A stretch of 64,000 bases of DNA from the NCBI GenBank assembly GCA_963575745.1, contig CAUYUJ010000325.1, positions 310,001 through 374,000 of the forward strand. Reading direction: 5' to 3'. The translations under genes and the position numbers were made by a program. The notes beneath the pieces were generated by a model that made no database searches, was not told the origin of the DNA, and saw only the letters and a program-made list of their open reading frames with translations. Position 1 is the stretch's first letter. Every line of letters starts with the position of its first letter. Source of the stretch: Prorocentrum cordatum (lineage: Eukaryota). Shown one piece after another: positions 11,158 through 21,334 of the stretch.

Positions 11158-11564
11158 CGGCTCCAGCCCTGGGGTCGCGTCGGCCCCTCCAGTCACCCTT
11201 CAAGGGTGACGGACGTCAGCGTACAGGGTCCCGCACTACGCTAGTCCACCATTTGGACAGGCGCACCGAGGACCTCGCCTCTGTCTCGAGGCCCTCGGCT
11301 GCTGGCACTGAGCAGCCACCCCTCACCGACCGCGAAACCGAGCTGTCACAGGCTATGGCTGCCCTCCAGCAGAGGTGCTTAGCTCTCGCCGCGGACCTCG
11401 CCGCCGCCCAAGCTCGTCAAGGCCCTCTACTCCAGCGCCTCCACAGTGCTGGGCGAGCCTTCGCCGAGCTGCTCACGGCCTCGCCCGATGGTGCCGTGCC
11501 GTCACTCAACATCCAAGCTATGTTGTCATCGTTCCGCGGCGCTCCACCCGGTGCCCCGCGCTAA
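11148..11564 (+). CDS. Short ORF with predicted coiled coil in the LINE 3' region
   Basis: LSQAMAALQQRCLALAADLAAAQARQGPLLQRL has heptad-like periodicity; no recognisable family. Confidence 0.3.
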   Translation: MALAAPALGSRRPLQSPFKGDGRQRTGSRTTLVHHLDRRTEDLASVSRPSAAGTEQPPLTDRETELSQAMAALQQRCLALAADLAAAQARQGPLLQRLHSAGRAFAELLTASPDGAVPSLNIQAMLSSFRGAPPGAPR

Positions 11565-11930
11565 TCTCCTCCTTTCTGCCTGCCCGTGTGTACGCGTGGC
11601 TCCGCGTCCACGGTGTCAGGGCGTGGGGGCGGGGGGTGCCCCGTCACTGCGCGCCGCTTAGCGGCCAAGCGCCCAACTGGCGGTCTGCCAAGCCGCCTAG
11701 CCACGTGCCAGCACGTCGCCTTTCTTGTTGGGGCCTTTTTCCTCACGCGGTCTGACAGGTGAGATCATCATCGTCTGTCCGCCGTCTGTAGCGTCTGTCG
11801 CACTGCGCCGGGGGAGGGGGTTTTGTTGCCCGCCCTCGTATCTAAAGGCTGCACCGCCGCAAATAGTGTTTGCGAGTTGCCGCACCGCAGTGCGCCTCGC
11901 GGACGGACCCTGGTCCGCCTACTTGTCCGA

Positions 11931-12054
11931 TCTCTCTCTTTTTTGTTTCTCTCTCTCTCTCTCTCTCTCTATGTCTCTATTTCTCTCTTTCTTTCTTTAT
12001 TTCTTTATGTCTCTCTCTCTCTCTCTCTCCCTCTCTCTTTCTCTCTCTCTCTTC

Positions 12055-12105
<51 letters not shown>

Positions 12106-12159
12106 CCTCTCTCTCCTCTCCTCCCCTCTCTCTCCCTCTCTCCTCTCTCTCCCTCTCTT

Positions 12160-12200
<41 letters not shown>

Positions 12201-12230
12201 ATGTCTCTCTCTCTCTCTCTCTGTATCTTT
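11931..12230. repeat. Imperfect (CT)n microsatellite
   Basis: Seen directly. Confidence 0.95.
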
Positions 12231-12479
12231 CTGATCCCGCTCACCCCCCCCCCTCGCTCCCTCCCCTCCAGTGGGCGAGGTATAGGGTCAGGCGGTATAA
12301 GCGAGAGCCAGCACGTCGAGCACACGAATTATCCCCCCCCCTCCCCCCCCCCCCCCCTGCAGAATGCACCCTTCCCCCCTTCTGAAGGGGGCGGGCGGGC
12401 GAAGGGGGGGGGCGAGCTCGGGGGCTGGGCAGGGGCGGCGGGGGAGGTGGCTATGGGGCGAAAGACGACGATTGTTGCG

Positions 12480-14405
12480 ACGCTTGACCTTACGCTCATG
12501 TGGCAGAACAAATGGAACTTGGGCGTGAACGCGATGCCCGCATTCTCGGCGTGCACGCAGAAACGAACAGCATTGTCCAGGAGCTCCTGGTAGTAGTCTG
12601 CCTCGAGCACGAGGGGCGCGTGCCTGCACACGTCGAGCCACGCCTGCAAAGACTTGCAGGCTGTCAACAAGTCGCTGCTCCCATGGATGCGATCGCCCCA
12701 CTTCTTTAGCTGATGAACTGCAAAATCAAGGAGGAGTGCCGTCTCTGCGGCCTTCGTTGCCATGATCGCACCTGGGTGCGGCATCCACGAGAGGGAAGCC
12801 TTCGCCTGTTTACCACAGGCGTTGAAACCAATCATTTTCAATGTCAGACGGCCCAGCCTCCGATCGTGCGGGACGCCCTCGTCATCAAACCACTTGAACA
12901 TTTCGCTCTCCAGGCGCCGAATGCAATGTGCCACTGAAAGCTCGAACCTGCCATGGAATGACCACACATTCGCCTGAAGGATGCGAGATAATGCGCACGA
13001 CGTCGCCCTCATCACAGGACCGCAGCACAAAGTATGAAGTGTATCTATCGCGAGGTTCTCATGAGGAGAAGTTCCCAAATATCTATCAAATAATGGGCAT
13101 CGGTGGTTAGCCCAGTAGGTGCACCGCCCATGCTGGTCAAAGTGTTTCCTCCAGAAGACACACTTGAATGGCGTTTTGAGGCTGTCAAACTGTCGGATGT
13201 CGTGAACGTCGCCACCAGGCTCCAACCGGTCACCCGCCAAGAGCCCGAACTCGGGTAGAGCAGTGATCAGGCACCTGCCCTTGCCAATCTCATCTGGGTG
13301 GTATTTCAGCAAGCGCACAATTTCAGATCGCTGGCGATTGTCGAGGACGTTGACATGGCGCTCACACGCAAGGCAGCTCTGCTCGTAGTCGGCCGCGGCC
13401 CTGTCCTCGTAGGTCACCCCGCTGGCATCCAACATGCCAGGCATGACAAAGTGGAGGCAGCTGGATGGCGCTGGACAGCACGGGCACGGATTGTGGAACG
13501 TCTGCCAATTGCTCGATCCAAAGGTTTTGGCAAATTCAGACCAATCTCCTTTGGCATACACCATTGTCGCAGTAAACCCCAACGCCCGCGAGGCGTCCTT
13601 CTCGTCATCCCACGCCGAGCCGTCAGGCTTTGCTGCAGGGGAGAAGCCGTCCTTGAGAGCACGCAACTGCCACGCCACAGCGCGGAGGACGGTGTATATG
13701 GAACACCACCCGCCGCAGCCGCAGGTACACATGTCCCCAGTACGCACCACCGCTACCAAGTGACGCTTATTCGACAACAGGTTGGTGATGGATATACCCA
13801 ATATGGAGTCTGGTCTCGACTGCATTGCCGTGAACCGAACGCCATCGCAGTAAAATGCAATCGGGAGGGGATAGTTCTTGCCAGATGCCAGTGCTTCCTG
13901 GACGTTAGGACTGCTGAGGTATGATCGGTTTGCTAGATGAGACGCGCGGTCCACCGACCCATTCTCAAGGTTCTCCCTCATCCACGGGTTCTGATCAAAT
14001 TCATCGGCTAATGAATTGCATGTTAATGCAATGGGAATGGTGTGGTACGTTCGCTCTGCCCGACCCTGCACGCGCGCGGGCATCTCCACATCAACAAAAG
14101 TGAAAGTCTGCGGGGGGGACTGGATCAAGTCGAGCTTTGCACTGGCCTGATTGAAGGTCAGGCGCCATTTTGTATAAATCCCAGTCAGCTCCCTCAACAC
14201 CCGCGGCATCAAGATAATAACACAACTCGCAGAGATCACGCGCGGACATAACCTTGCACGCCCCATGCATCCCGAGAAGTTTCTTGAAAATGGAAGACCC
14301 AGCAGCATGACGAGCAGCAGAGCTGCGGTCTGCAGCGTCGCCGCCATCGCCGCTTGGCTGGTGGCGAGCCCTGCGCCGCCGCTTCGTTGCTGGTTCTGGC
14401 CGCAT
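12480..14405 (-). pseudogene. CACTA/Mirage/Chapaev (CMC)- or Plavaka-like DDE transposase, frameshifted near 14115, C-terminus missing or spliced elsewhere
   Basis: PIAFYCDGV (D1), CTCGCGGWC, YAKGDWSE (D2) followed by CPCC, AIDTLHTLCCG and FTPKFHLFCHM follow the CMC motif order. The N-terminus reads better in frame 14091-14405 (SARDLCELCYYLDAAG), switching at a G7 run. Confidence 0.7.
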
Positions 14406-16064
14406 ACTTGCGATGCAAAGCTATGGCGTACGGATCCGAGACGAACGATGACGCGCACTGCGCATAGGTCAGGGGGGTGGGGCTGGGGGCGGCTGGGCCC
14501 GATGCGGGGCGAGGATAGGTGAACGAGTCGGGAGAGACGGGCGGGGTAGAGTGCAGAAGGGGTAAGAGGGGAGAGGGGCAGAGACTTGGCGGAGAGGAAG
14601 ATGGCATGGGGAGGGCGCCCGCCCAGGCGCTCGACATCCGCGCGAAGGAGAAGCTGGTCTCACCCCAGAGAAGTGCTTGAAGGCCGCCAATGGGGCCCGC
14701 GGTTTGGGGAGAGGCTCGGAGGTTTGAGCGCCAGTGGGCGCGATGAGACCCAGGACCAAACCGAGCAGCTCTCGGGGGCGTGCGAGCGAGCAAAGCTGGG
14801 CGCCTTACTTATTTAATGACCCATCCCCTCAGACATTCTTCCCATTATGCGAGCCATGTGCACTGTCCGAGGGGATATCTAGCACCCGCGCTGGAAAGAC
14901 CAGAACGACGATTGCGAACAACTGATAGTCATCCCTCGCTGGTCGGCGGATGCCGTGAGCCACGCGCACGCCACGTCATCAATTTGCGTGCTGACTACTC
15001 TACTCAGAACCCTGCAACTCGCTCTAAATATCATGATGATGATGGCATGCGAGGTGATCGCCCACCCCCTCCTCTTCTCAACGGTCGTCGTCGTGATCCT
15101 GGCCGTCCGCTCGTCCTTGTCCTTCTCCTCCTCCTCCCTCCTCCTTCCTTATATTCCTCCTTATCCTTCTCCTTCTCCCCCTTCCCCCCCCCCTTCCCTC
15201 CCCTGGGGGGGCCCTCTTGGAAAACCACCTCCCCAACGCCCCCGAAGAACATGGGGAGGCGGCAATACTCCCAACGCAGTGCTTGCATCGAGCGATCGGC
15301 GCCCGAGGGCATGCTATGATCGCAGGTCTTCCAACATGTGTAGCTTCTCGTTGGCAACAACGACCAACGCTGAATTCGGGGTCCACACCGCGACGCCATT
15401 TCTGAGAAAGCAGCACACGCGAATAGTCGATCACCTCGGGACGAGCTCGCCTAAGCACACCTGTCTTGCACCTGTCTTGTACTGGATTGCAAAGGGATGT
15501 TGCATACGTGAACTGCCCTGTTTAGACCTCTTGCGTTGCCGCATGTCGTTTGCCCTCGCACTATCGAGCGCGCAGACAGGCACAGAGCACGAAAAACGGG
15601 GTGCGATCAGCTGTCGCGGCGCAAACCCCAGCACCGCGCCGTCGCACCCCGATCGGGCGAAGTCCCGAAATCAAGATCGGCAACGCATGCGCCGCAGACA
15701 CGCTCTCCATGTTCCCTGGGGGGCTCCTGGAAGTTTATACGCAGTTTAGCCGGTAGTTTATTCGCGGCCCTGGGGGCAGGAAACCATGTGATTTCACAGG
15801 GAAGCGTTACGTTTATACGGGTAGTTTACATGGGCAGTTTAGCCGGTAGTTTATACGGTAGTTTGGCGTGCCAAGTGTCTGCCGACACCCCTGCGACAGC
15901 ATTGCAACTTCATGGGGGGCTGATCCGCCCCTCATGCAGGCCTAGGCCCATGCCCAAGACCTCACCCCAACATTAAATTATCGATTGCACGCTCTGCGAT
16001 CGAGGCCCTCATGCACTCGAGCGCTGCTATGGAAGGTATTAGGTGCAACCCTCAGAAATTGTGT

Positions 16065-19000
16065 TCACCGACTCCCATGGGAGCTCGAGGCCTTCCTGGC
16101 CTTCTTAAGGTTCGCCTTCTCAGGGAGAGAGACCAGGCGCACGCGGCTGTTGTGCTGAGCAATCAGCAGGCGGCACTCGTGGTCGAGCGCCTCGACAGGC
16201 TCCTTCAGAGCGAACACGGCGCGACCCAGGACCGCCTGCACTTTCTCATCTCCGAGCGTAGACTTCAGGTTCGCGAACTGGCCAGCGAGGCAGGGGGCGA
16301 GGTCGCGGTCCTGCTTCAGGATCTCGTGAACCTCGATCGGGGCGCTCATCTCTCTCATCCTAGTCTGTCCTGGCCCCCTCGTGTCCCCTCCAATCCTCCT
16401 CTTGCCCTCGTCTCCTTCTCCTCCTTCTCGCCTCCCCTCGCCGCCCTGCTCCTCCTCCTCCCCATCCCATCCTTCCACCTCCTCCTCCTCCTCCGCCCCC
16501 TCCTTCCCCCTCCCAGCTCCCCCCGAGCCCTTGCCTGCGTCGCTCCCCGCCCCCTCGAGATCCTCGAGCCCCCCATGCCCTCCCTCCTCCCAGTCACCTG
16601 CCCCCCCTTCACTCCCCCCATCCTCCTTGCCGCGCCCCCCCCGCCCCCTCCAAGGCGGAGGGGGCGGGGGGGGCGGCAGTTGGTGGTCCGAGGAGCGGAG
16701 GCGGAGGAGGAAAGTGAAGGAGGATAGCGGGCGCCTTGCTGTCCGCGCTGCGCAACGGGCCCATCATGACGTCGTTGTCGGCCCAGCACCAATCGGGGTC
16801 GGACTTCACCATCCTGAGGATGGTGTTGCACTCGCTGGTGGCCTTCTGGTAGGAGGTCTTCAGCTCCTTGAACTTCCTCCCGTTGTCATCGGGCTTCCTC
16901 GAGATGACGCGTGCTGGGATGCCGCCATCACCATCCCCGCCGCCTCGGCCCTTGACAGCACTTCTGGGCGTCGGAGTTGCAGCGCCCTCGCCCCGCGGCC
17001 GCGTCGGGGTCGCCGTCGGGGTCGCCGTCGGGGTCGCCGTCGGGGTCGGCGTCGCGGGAATCAAGCTAGGCGTCGGGGGCGACGCGGCAGGCTGACCTCC
17101 CGCGCGCGAGGGCGTCGCGGCTGGCGCGGACTGCGCCGCGGCGTCGCCCTCCGCGGAAGCATGTGCAGTCGGCTGCTCGGCCCAGTCCTCCCACGCCCTC
17201 CAGGAGCGCTTGAACTCGTCGCGGACGCTGTGCTGGACGTGCAGATATTTGAGGACCTCACCCATCTCGTCCCACGAGCACCAGATGCCCCCCATGATCA
17301 CGCAGTTCGTCGCGTAACGAACGGCAATTTTCATGCCGCTCGAACCTCCGCCCTCGAGCCATGCCAGGCGGCCCAGGGACACGTATGTCCCATTCCTGAT
17401 TTCAGACTTCGAATGCTTCTCATCCTTAGAGCGGCCCCTGGCCACCTGGTGTTTGTCGTACTTGCCCTTTGCCCAAGCAGCGCGGAAGTCGGCCTTCTGG
17501 AGGTACCCCTCCTTCGCACGGTATTCTGCCGCCAAGGCAGCGTCAGCTCTCAAGGCCCTAGCCCAGCGCCCCGCAATGCTGTTGCCTGAAGTGCAGGCGG
17601 TCCCGAACTTGAAATCGTGCGCCTTCATGCCCTCCCAGAAGACGTCTTCCTCCGCCAAGGCCTTCTGCTTTGCATCCATCGAGAGCTCCTGGTCAGCCTG
17701 ATGCAGCGCTTTCATCTTCCTAACGAGATCGCTGTGGTACAGCTGCGAGATCGACACCTCGGCTTTCTGCGCGGCGTCCTCGAGGACGAACTTCTCGGGA
17801 GCGCAGCTTGCCAAAACCTTCGCAGCATCGTTGACGCGATCCATCTGCTGGACCACTTGTTGCCTCAGAGTCTCCTTGTCAGTCGCTGGCGCCATGGGGG
17901 CATCGGGGGCAGGCTGCGGGGGCTGCGCCGGCTGCGGCTGAGGCTGCGCGGGCGGCTGAGCTGGCGGGTAAGCCGCCGCTGAGCCTGCCGCCCAAGGGGA
18001 TTCGGTCTCCCGCGCGGGCGCGGAGGCCTGCGGCGTGGAGCCACTGCTCTCTCCCGCTGCAAGGGGCTCCGCGCGCGGCAAAGACGCCGACCGCACGCTC
18101 GTGGCCGCTGGTGTCATCGGCGACGGCTGAGGCACGTCGCCATGGTCGACCGAGTCGGGGTAAGGCACCTCGTGAAGCTCATCCAGCCTATCTTTAGCTT
18201 GCTGCTCCTTTTCCCTCTCAGACATGGCGAACTCGAACGTCGGCAACTCTGGCACACATGGCGTCTCCGAATATTCAGAGTCCGTGTCCACATCATGTTG
18301 GTTACACCCACTCAGCCTGCGGTCGTCGCTCGCGGTAGTTGAGGCGACTTCCCACCGCTGGTTCCGCATTGCCTCGTACTCATCAAGTTCAGCTTCCAGC
18401 ATGAGCGCCTCAGCCTTCTCCTTCTCCTCCTGCTCATAGGCCAATTTCTTTGCCATGACGCGCTTGCGCTCGTTGAATATCATGGTGGCCTGGCGCTTCG
18501 CCTCGTCCTCATCGATGATGGCTTGGGCTTCGTCATCTGGGCTGATGCCGCCACCACGCTGGCGCTTGCGCGCCTTGCAGTCGATCACCCTGTGGAGTTT
18601 CTTCTTCTGCCCCTCCCTCTTGGCAGCTTCATCCGCGACCTCCTCGGCTGGATCGCCTGCTGCGCCTGCGCCCAAGGGGGGCTCGGGGGCATCTGCTGCC
18701 GCCGCTGGCGCCTCCCCAGCCCGCGCCGCCTCCGCGGCCTCGGCTGCCACCTGGAGCCTGGCCTGCTGAAGCGCCTCGGCCTTGGCCTGCTGAATCGCCT
18801 CGGCCTTGGCCTGCTGCGCCGCCTCGAGCGCATCGGCCTTGGCCTTCTGCAGCGCCTCGTCTCTGGCCTGCTCCAGCGCCTGAGCCCTGATCTGCTCGAT
18901 CTCGGCTTGGGCCTCCTGAAGCGCCTCGGCCTTGGCCTGCTCGATCGCATCCTCTACGGCCTTGGCTGCCGCCTCGCGCCTGGCCTCATGGAGCGCATCG

Positions 19001-19398
19001 GCCTGTGCCTCCTGCAGCGCCGCGGCCTTGGCCTGCTCGAACGCCGCGGCCCTGGCCTCAGCCTTGGCCTGCTCGATCCTGGCCACATCGGCCTTGGCCT
19101 CCTCCCCTTCAACCTGCTGCGCCTCGAGGGCCAGCAGCTCTGGCTGCGCAGCCAAGCGGGCGCGCTTGCTGCGCGGCGCGATCCAGCCCGACGGCGACGC
19201 GCAGCCAGGCGCCGCCGGCTCCACTGGGCGCATCGCCGCTGCCTCCTCCGCCGCGTCGCCAGCCAGCTGGGCAGCCGTCGGCGTGTGGTCGACGCCCTCG
19301 GGCTCGCCAGGCGGGATGCCTGCCTCTGCCATCAGCGCCTCGGCCTGCTCTCCGAAAGTATCCACAATCTCCTGAGCGGCTCGAGGAACGCGTTTCAT
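16065..19398 (-). CDS. Two-exon hypothetical protein with Ala/Glu/Gln-rich coiled-coil repeats, probably transposon-associated
   Basis: Long ORF from ATG 19398 with EQAKAEALQ-type repeats (~18740-19100) and a globular part ~17200-17650. A phase-0 intron 16734-16332 (AAG|GC...GAG|GTT) joins ADSK to VHEILKQDRD; stop at 16065. Confidence 0.65.
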
Positions 19399-19522
19399 TT
19401 GCGCGCCCTGGTGCAATTTCGGCAACGGCACCAGAGCGCGCAACTGAAATCCAGAAATCTGCGCCCCCCCCCCCCAGAAAACCGCTCACGGCCAACGTGA
19501 GCGGTTCTCTGGAGGGAGATCG

Positions 19523-19965
19523 AGAGGGGGAGGAGGAGGAGGAGGAGAAGAAGGAGGAGGAAAAGGAGGAGAAGGAGAAGGAGGAGGAGGAGGAGGAGAA
19601 GGATAAGGAGAAGGAGAGGGAGAGGGAGGAGGAGAGGGAGAGGAGGATAATGATAAGGAGGAGGAGGGGAAGAAGGAGAAGGAGGAGGAGGAGGAGAAGG
19701 AGAAGGAGGAGAAGGAGGAGGAGGTGGCGGAGAGGAGAAGGAGAAGAAGGAGGAGGAAGACGAGGAGAAGGAGAAGAAGGAGAAGAAGGAGAAGGCAGGA
19801 GGGGAAAGAAGAGGAGGAGAAGGAGGAGAAGGAGGAGGAGAAAGAGAAGAAAGAGGGGAGGAGGAGAAGGAGGAGGAGGAGGGGGAAGAGGAGGAGGCGG
19901 AGGAGGAGAGGGAGAGGAGGAGGAGGAGGAGGAGAAGGAGAGGAGGAGGAGGAGGAGGGGGGAGC
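19523..19965. repeat. (GGA/GAA)n purine-rich tract
   Basis: Seen directly. Confidence 0.95.
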
Positions 19966-21334
19966 AGCGGCGGCAGCAGCATATGAGCACCGACATGGAG
20001 ATACATCGAGGCAGAGGGTAGCAATGGAGCAACAGCATCAGCGGCAGCTGGCATCGACAGGAATGGCGAGGACCCCAAAGAGAGCTCCTGGCGGTGCCAG
20101 GTGACCAGCGCGCTGACGTCCATGCCCTTGAACTCGGACGCTGTGTCGGGCAAGGTATCCTGCAGGCGTCACCCCCCTCCCCCACCTCGCTCATCCTCTT
20201 TCCAACCCGTCCCCATCGAGGGATCGCATCCCTTCTCTAATCCCCCCTCGACTCCGACGTCCCCAGGAAACCCGCAGGGCGGTTTGAGAAAGCCTTGCGC
20301 TCCTCGCTGAATCCAGGGCGCTCGCCGACGAACCAAGATCCCTGGGCAAGTGGCTGCGCGACTCCAGGCGGCGCTGTCTCAGCCTCTCGGTCCAGCGATT
20401 GACGCATGATTGGACGTTCGCACGGCCGACGGGTCGTCGACGCGCTGAGAGCCCAAGCGTTAGAAGGCACGAGGGAGGGGGGTCGGAGAGACATGCCTCA
20501 GCAGTCTGCCCTTGCCCCCCCCCTCGCGCGCTTCGTCGCATGGGTTCATCAGCGCGTGTCGGCGACCATCGGCTTGCGCCCTGACTTCGCCCCTCATCTG
20601 ACACCAACCCCAGCCCCCACGTGACGACTAGGCTCGGGGCCCCCTTTCCCAAGACACCAAGTGCTCGGGGCCCGACGATCGACGACGTTGGACGGCCGCG
20701 CCTCTGTTGGGCTCGGAACCTCCACGACATCCGACATCGCCTCCGACATCTGAGAATGTAATTGCTGAACTCGTGGGGTGGGGCGCCGCGGGCTTGGGTC
20801 TTCAAACAGCTGAGGTCGGCGGCCGTCGATCATGCCCCCCCCCTCCCCCCTGTGGATGCCCCCGCCCCCGCACCACATGTGGATCCCAGGGCCTGCATGC
20901 GCCCTCCCCCCATCTTGTCCATGGGGTATCCTCGAGCGGGGGGGCGGGTGGGATCAATGAATGACATCTCCTTGTCATGCCGAGCTGGCTGACCTATGTG
21001 GGATGGAGGGTGGGGTGGGTCACTCAGGGCAGGATCGATTTTCGACAGACGGCATCTCGCCGCTCGAATCCGCAAGAGCAGCGACGGACTCGGGCTAACG
21101 CGGCCTCTAGTCGATCATTCGCGAGCGCTTGTGCACCCGTCGACCATGCAACGAATCAAAATGATGAAAGCGCATCCTCCTCCTATCTCTTCCTCCCCGC
21201 CTCGACCGCCCCCTGATGCCCCCCCCCTACCTCGTCCTTCTCAACCTCCCCCTCCTCCCCCCCCTCCCCCCCCCCTCGGGATCCCCCCTCCTCGAAGGGT
21301 CGGGGTCTCAAGCTATAGCGGCGCCCGCTCGGAC

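Larger units (their letters stand above)
1..11930 (+). mobile_element. Large non-LTR (LINE-like) retrotransposon with APE-RT-CCHC-RNase H and a long accessory 5' ORF; 5' end probably upstream of the window
   Basis: APE, RT, zinc finger and RNase H motifs lie in order on the + strand (5844-10250). One hairpin motif recurs ten times from 801 to 11180, linking the 5' and 3' halves. Unique sequence ends at a (CT)n tract at ~11931. Confidence 0.8.

Noticed and set aside
14120..14458. N-terminus of the 709-aa ORF as given in the track, with a signal-peptide-like stretch
   Set aside because: The overlapping frame 14091-14405 looks more protein-like and the switch falls on a G homopolymer, so a frameshift or sequencing error is likelier.
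18740..19100. TolA-like or M-protein-like identity for the EQAKAEA repeats
   Set aside because: Low-complexity coiled-coil resemblance only; no membrane anchor or bacterial context.
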